Shown piece by piece: positions 63,440 to 64,000 of a DNA stretch of 64,000 nt; the stretch's first letter is position 1; each line of letters starts with the position of its first letter. The stretch is taken from IMG/VR virus record IMGVR_UViG_3300045972_000138, positions 62,001 through 126,000 of that record, one strand, 5' to 3'. The position numbers and the translations under genes are program-made. The notes below the pieces were generated by a model, which was not told the DNA's origin, ran no database searches, and saw only the letters and a list, made by a program, of their open reading frames with translations.

Positions 63440-64000
63440 ATGAAGATACTAGAACTACTATTACCAAAAAATCTTAAAGACAAAGATTTATCCCCGAAGA
63501 CTGTCAAGAAAATTGACAATCTTCAACAAAGAATGAACAAATATGTTGATAAGATTAGTGATCCTACTACATCTAAGCAAGGCAAAGATTTCCTTAAAGC
63601 TAAATTAAAATCTGACTACGAAGAGTTGAAAGGCATTATTGAAGACACCATTAATGAGCACGTAGTCAAGCACGGTAGCGGATATAGACTTGTATCGAAA
63701 AAGGGTAAGAATTTAGGTGATTTTAAATCAAAGAAAGCGGCAGGAAAACACGAAGGCGAAGTAGAATGGTTTAAGGCACATCCTAAGGAAAGTATAAATG
63801 AAGGTGATGTTATTCCGTTTAAGAAACCGACCGCACCAATCTCTGGACAAATTTTCTCCGGCTCTACATATTTTATGGACAAATATGCCATAAAAGCAAT
63901 TCAAAAGGCAGGACTTAAGATATTGAGCGCGGGTGGTCCAAACGACGGAGATACAACGGGTAAAGATATTACGGATTACGGACACGACGAAGATATACGC
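63440..64000 (+). CDS. Putative head-internal protein, runs off window end; not in ORF track
   Basis: Open for 187 codons; MKILELL start, INE motifs, HVVKHGSGYRLVSKKGKNLG module. Confidence 0.7.
   Translation, partial: MKILELLLPKNLKDKDLSPKTVKKIDNLQQRMNKYVDKISDPTTSKQGKDFLKAKLKSDYEELKGIIEDTINEHVVKHGSGYRLVSKKGKNLGDFKSKKAAGKHEGEVEWFKAHPKESINEGDVIPFKKPTAPISGQIFSGSTYFMDKYAIKAIQKAGLKILSAGGPNDGDTTGKDITDYGHDEDIR

Noticed and set aside
1-64000. CRISPR array, tRNA/rRNA genes, integrase or transposase
   Set aside because: No regularly spaced repeat-spacer units, no TTCGA T-loop cloverleaf, and no recombinase motifs noticed by eye.
1-64000. Stop-codon reassignment (code 4 or 15) as in some huge phages
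   Set aside because: Conserved genes are full length and densely packed under code 11.

Overview
This 64 kb window is part of a large (jumbo-type) lytic dsDNA tailed bacteriophage genome, not a cellular chromosome. It has about 83 densely packed, mostly + strand genes in the standard genetic code. Two promoter classes are visible: host sigma70-type TTGAC-17-TAtAaT sites and a T4-late-like GATAAATA box found at 13 intergenic sites. Content from left to right: (1) exonuclease fragment, class II RNR and glutaredoxin; (2) an exported lipoprotein pair; (3) NAD salvage (NMNAT-Nudix plus NAMPT); (4) a complete PrkA/YeaG-YeaH-SpoVR operon; (5) a SleB-type hydrolase, ThyX, FolE and QueD; (6) a dispersed but complete proteostasis set (ClpX, ClpS, ClpP, ClpA, Hsp20, DnaJ, GroES-like); (7) translation proteins bS21 and IF-1; (8) a CSS-motif EAL c-di-GMP phosphodiesterase; (9) acidic putative head-internal polyproteins; (10) a DnaQ-family exonuclease, a mini DnaE-like protein, a clamp loader and PhoH; (11) a late structural block of repeat-rich fibre proteins and a holin-like gene. 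The best unexplained signals are non-coding. One is a ~450 nt GC-enriched, hairpin-dense region at 44240-44690 (candidate large ncRNA). Another is PhaR-like palindromes in front of an alpha/beta-hydrolase cluster and a phasin-like gene (candidate polyhydroxyalkanoate-linked module). A third is a shared GAG-AUAGA-CUY hairpin heading both NAD-salvage transcripts. All calls come from motif recognition by eye; no database search, folding or covariance analysis was run. No tRNA, rRNA, CRISPR array, integrase or transposase was seen.
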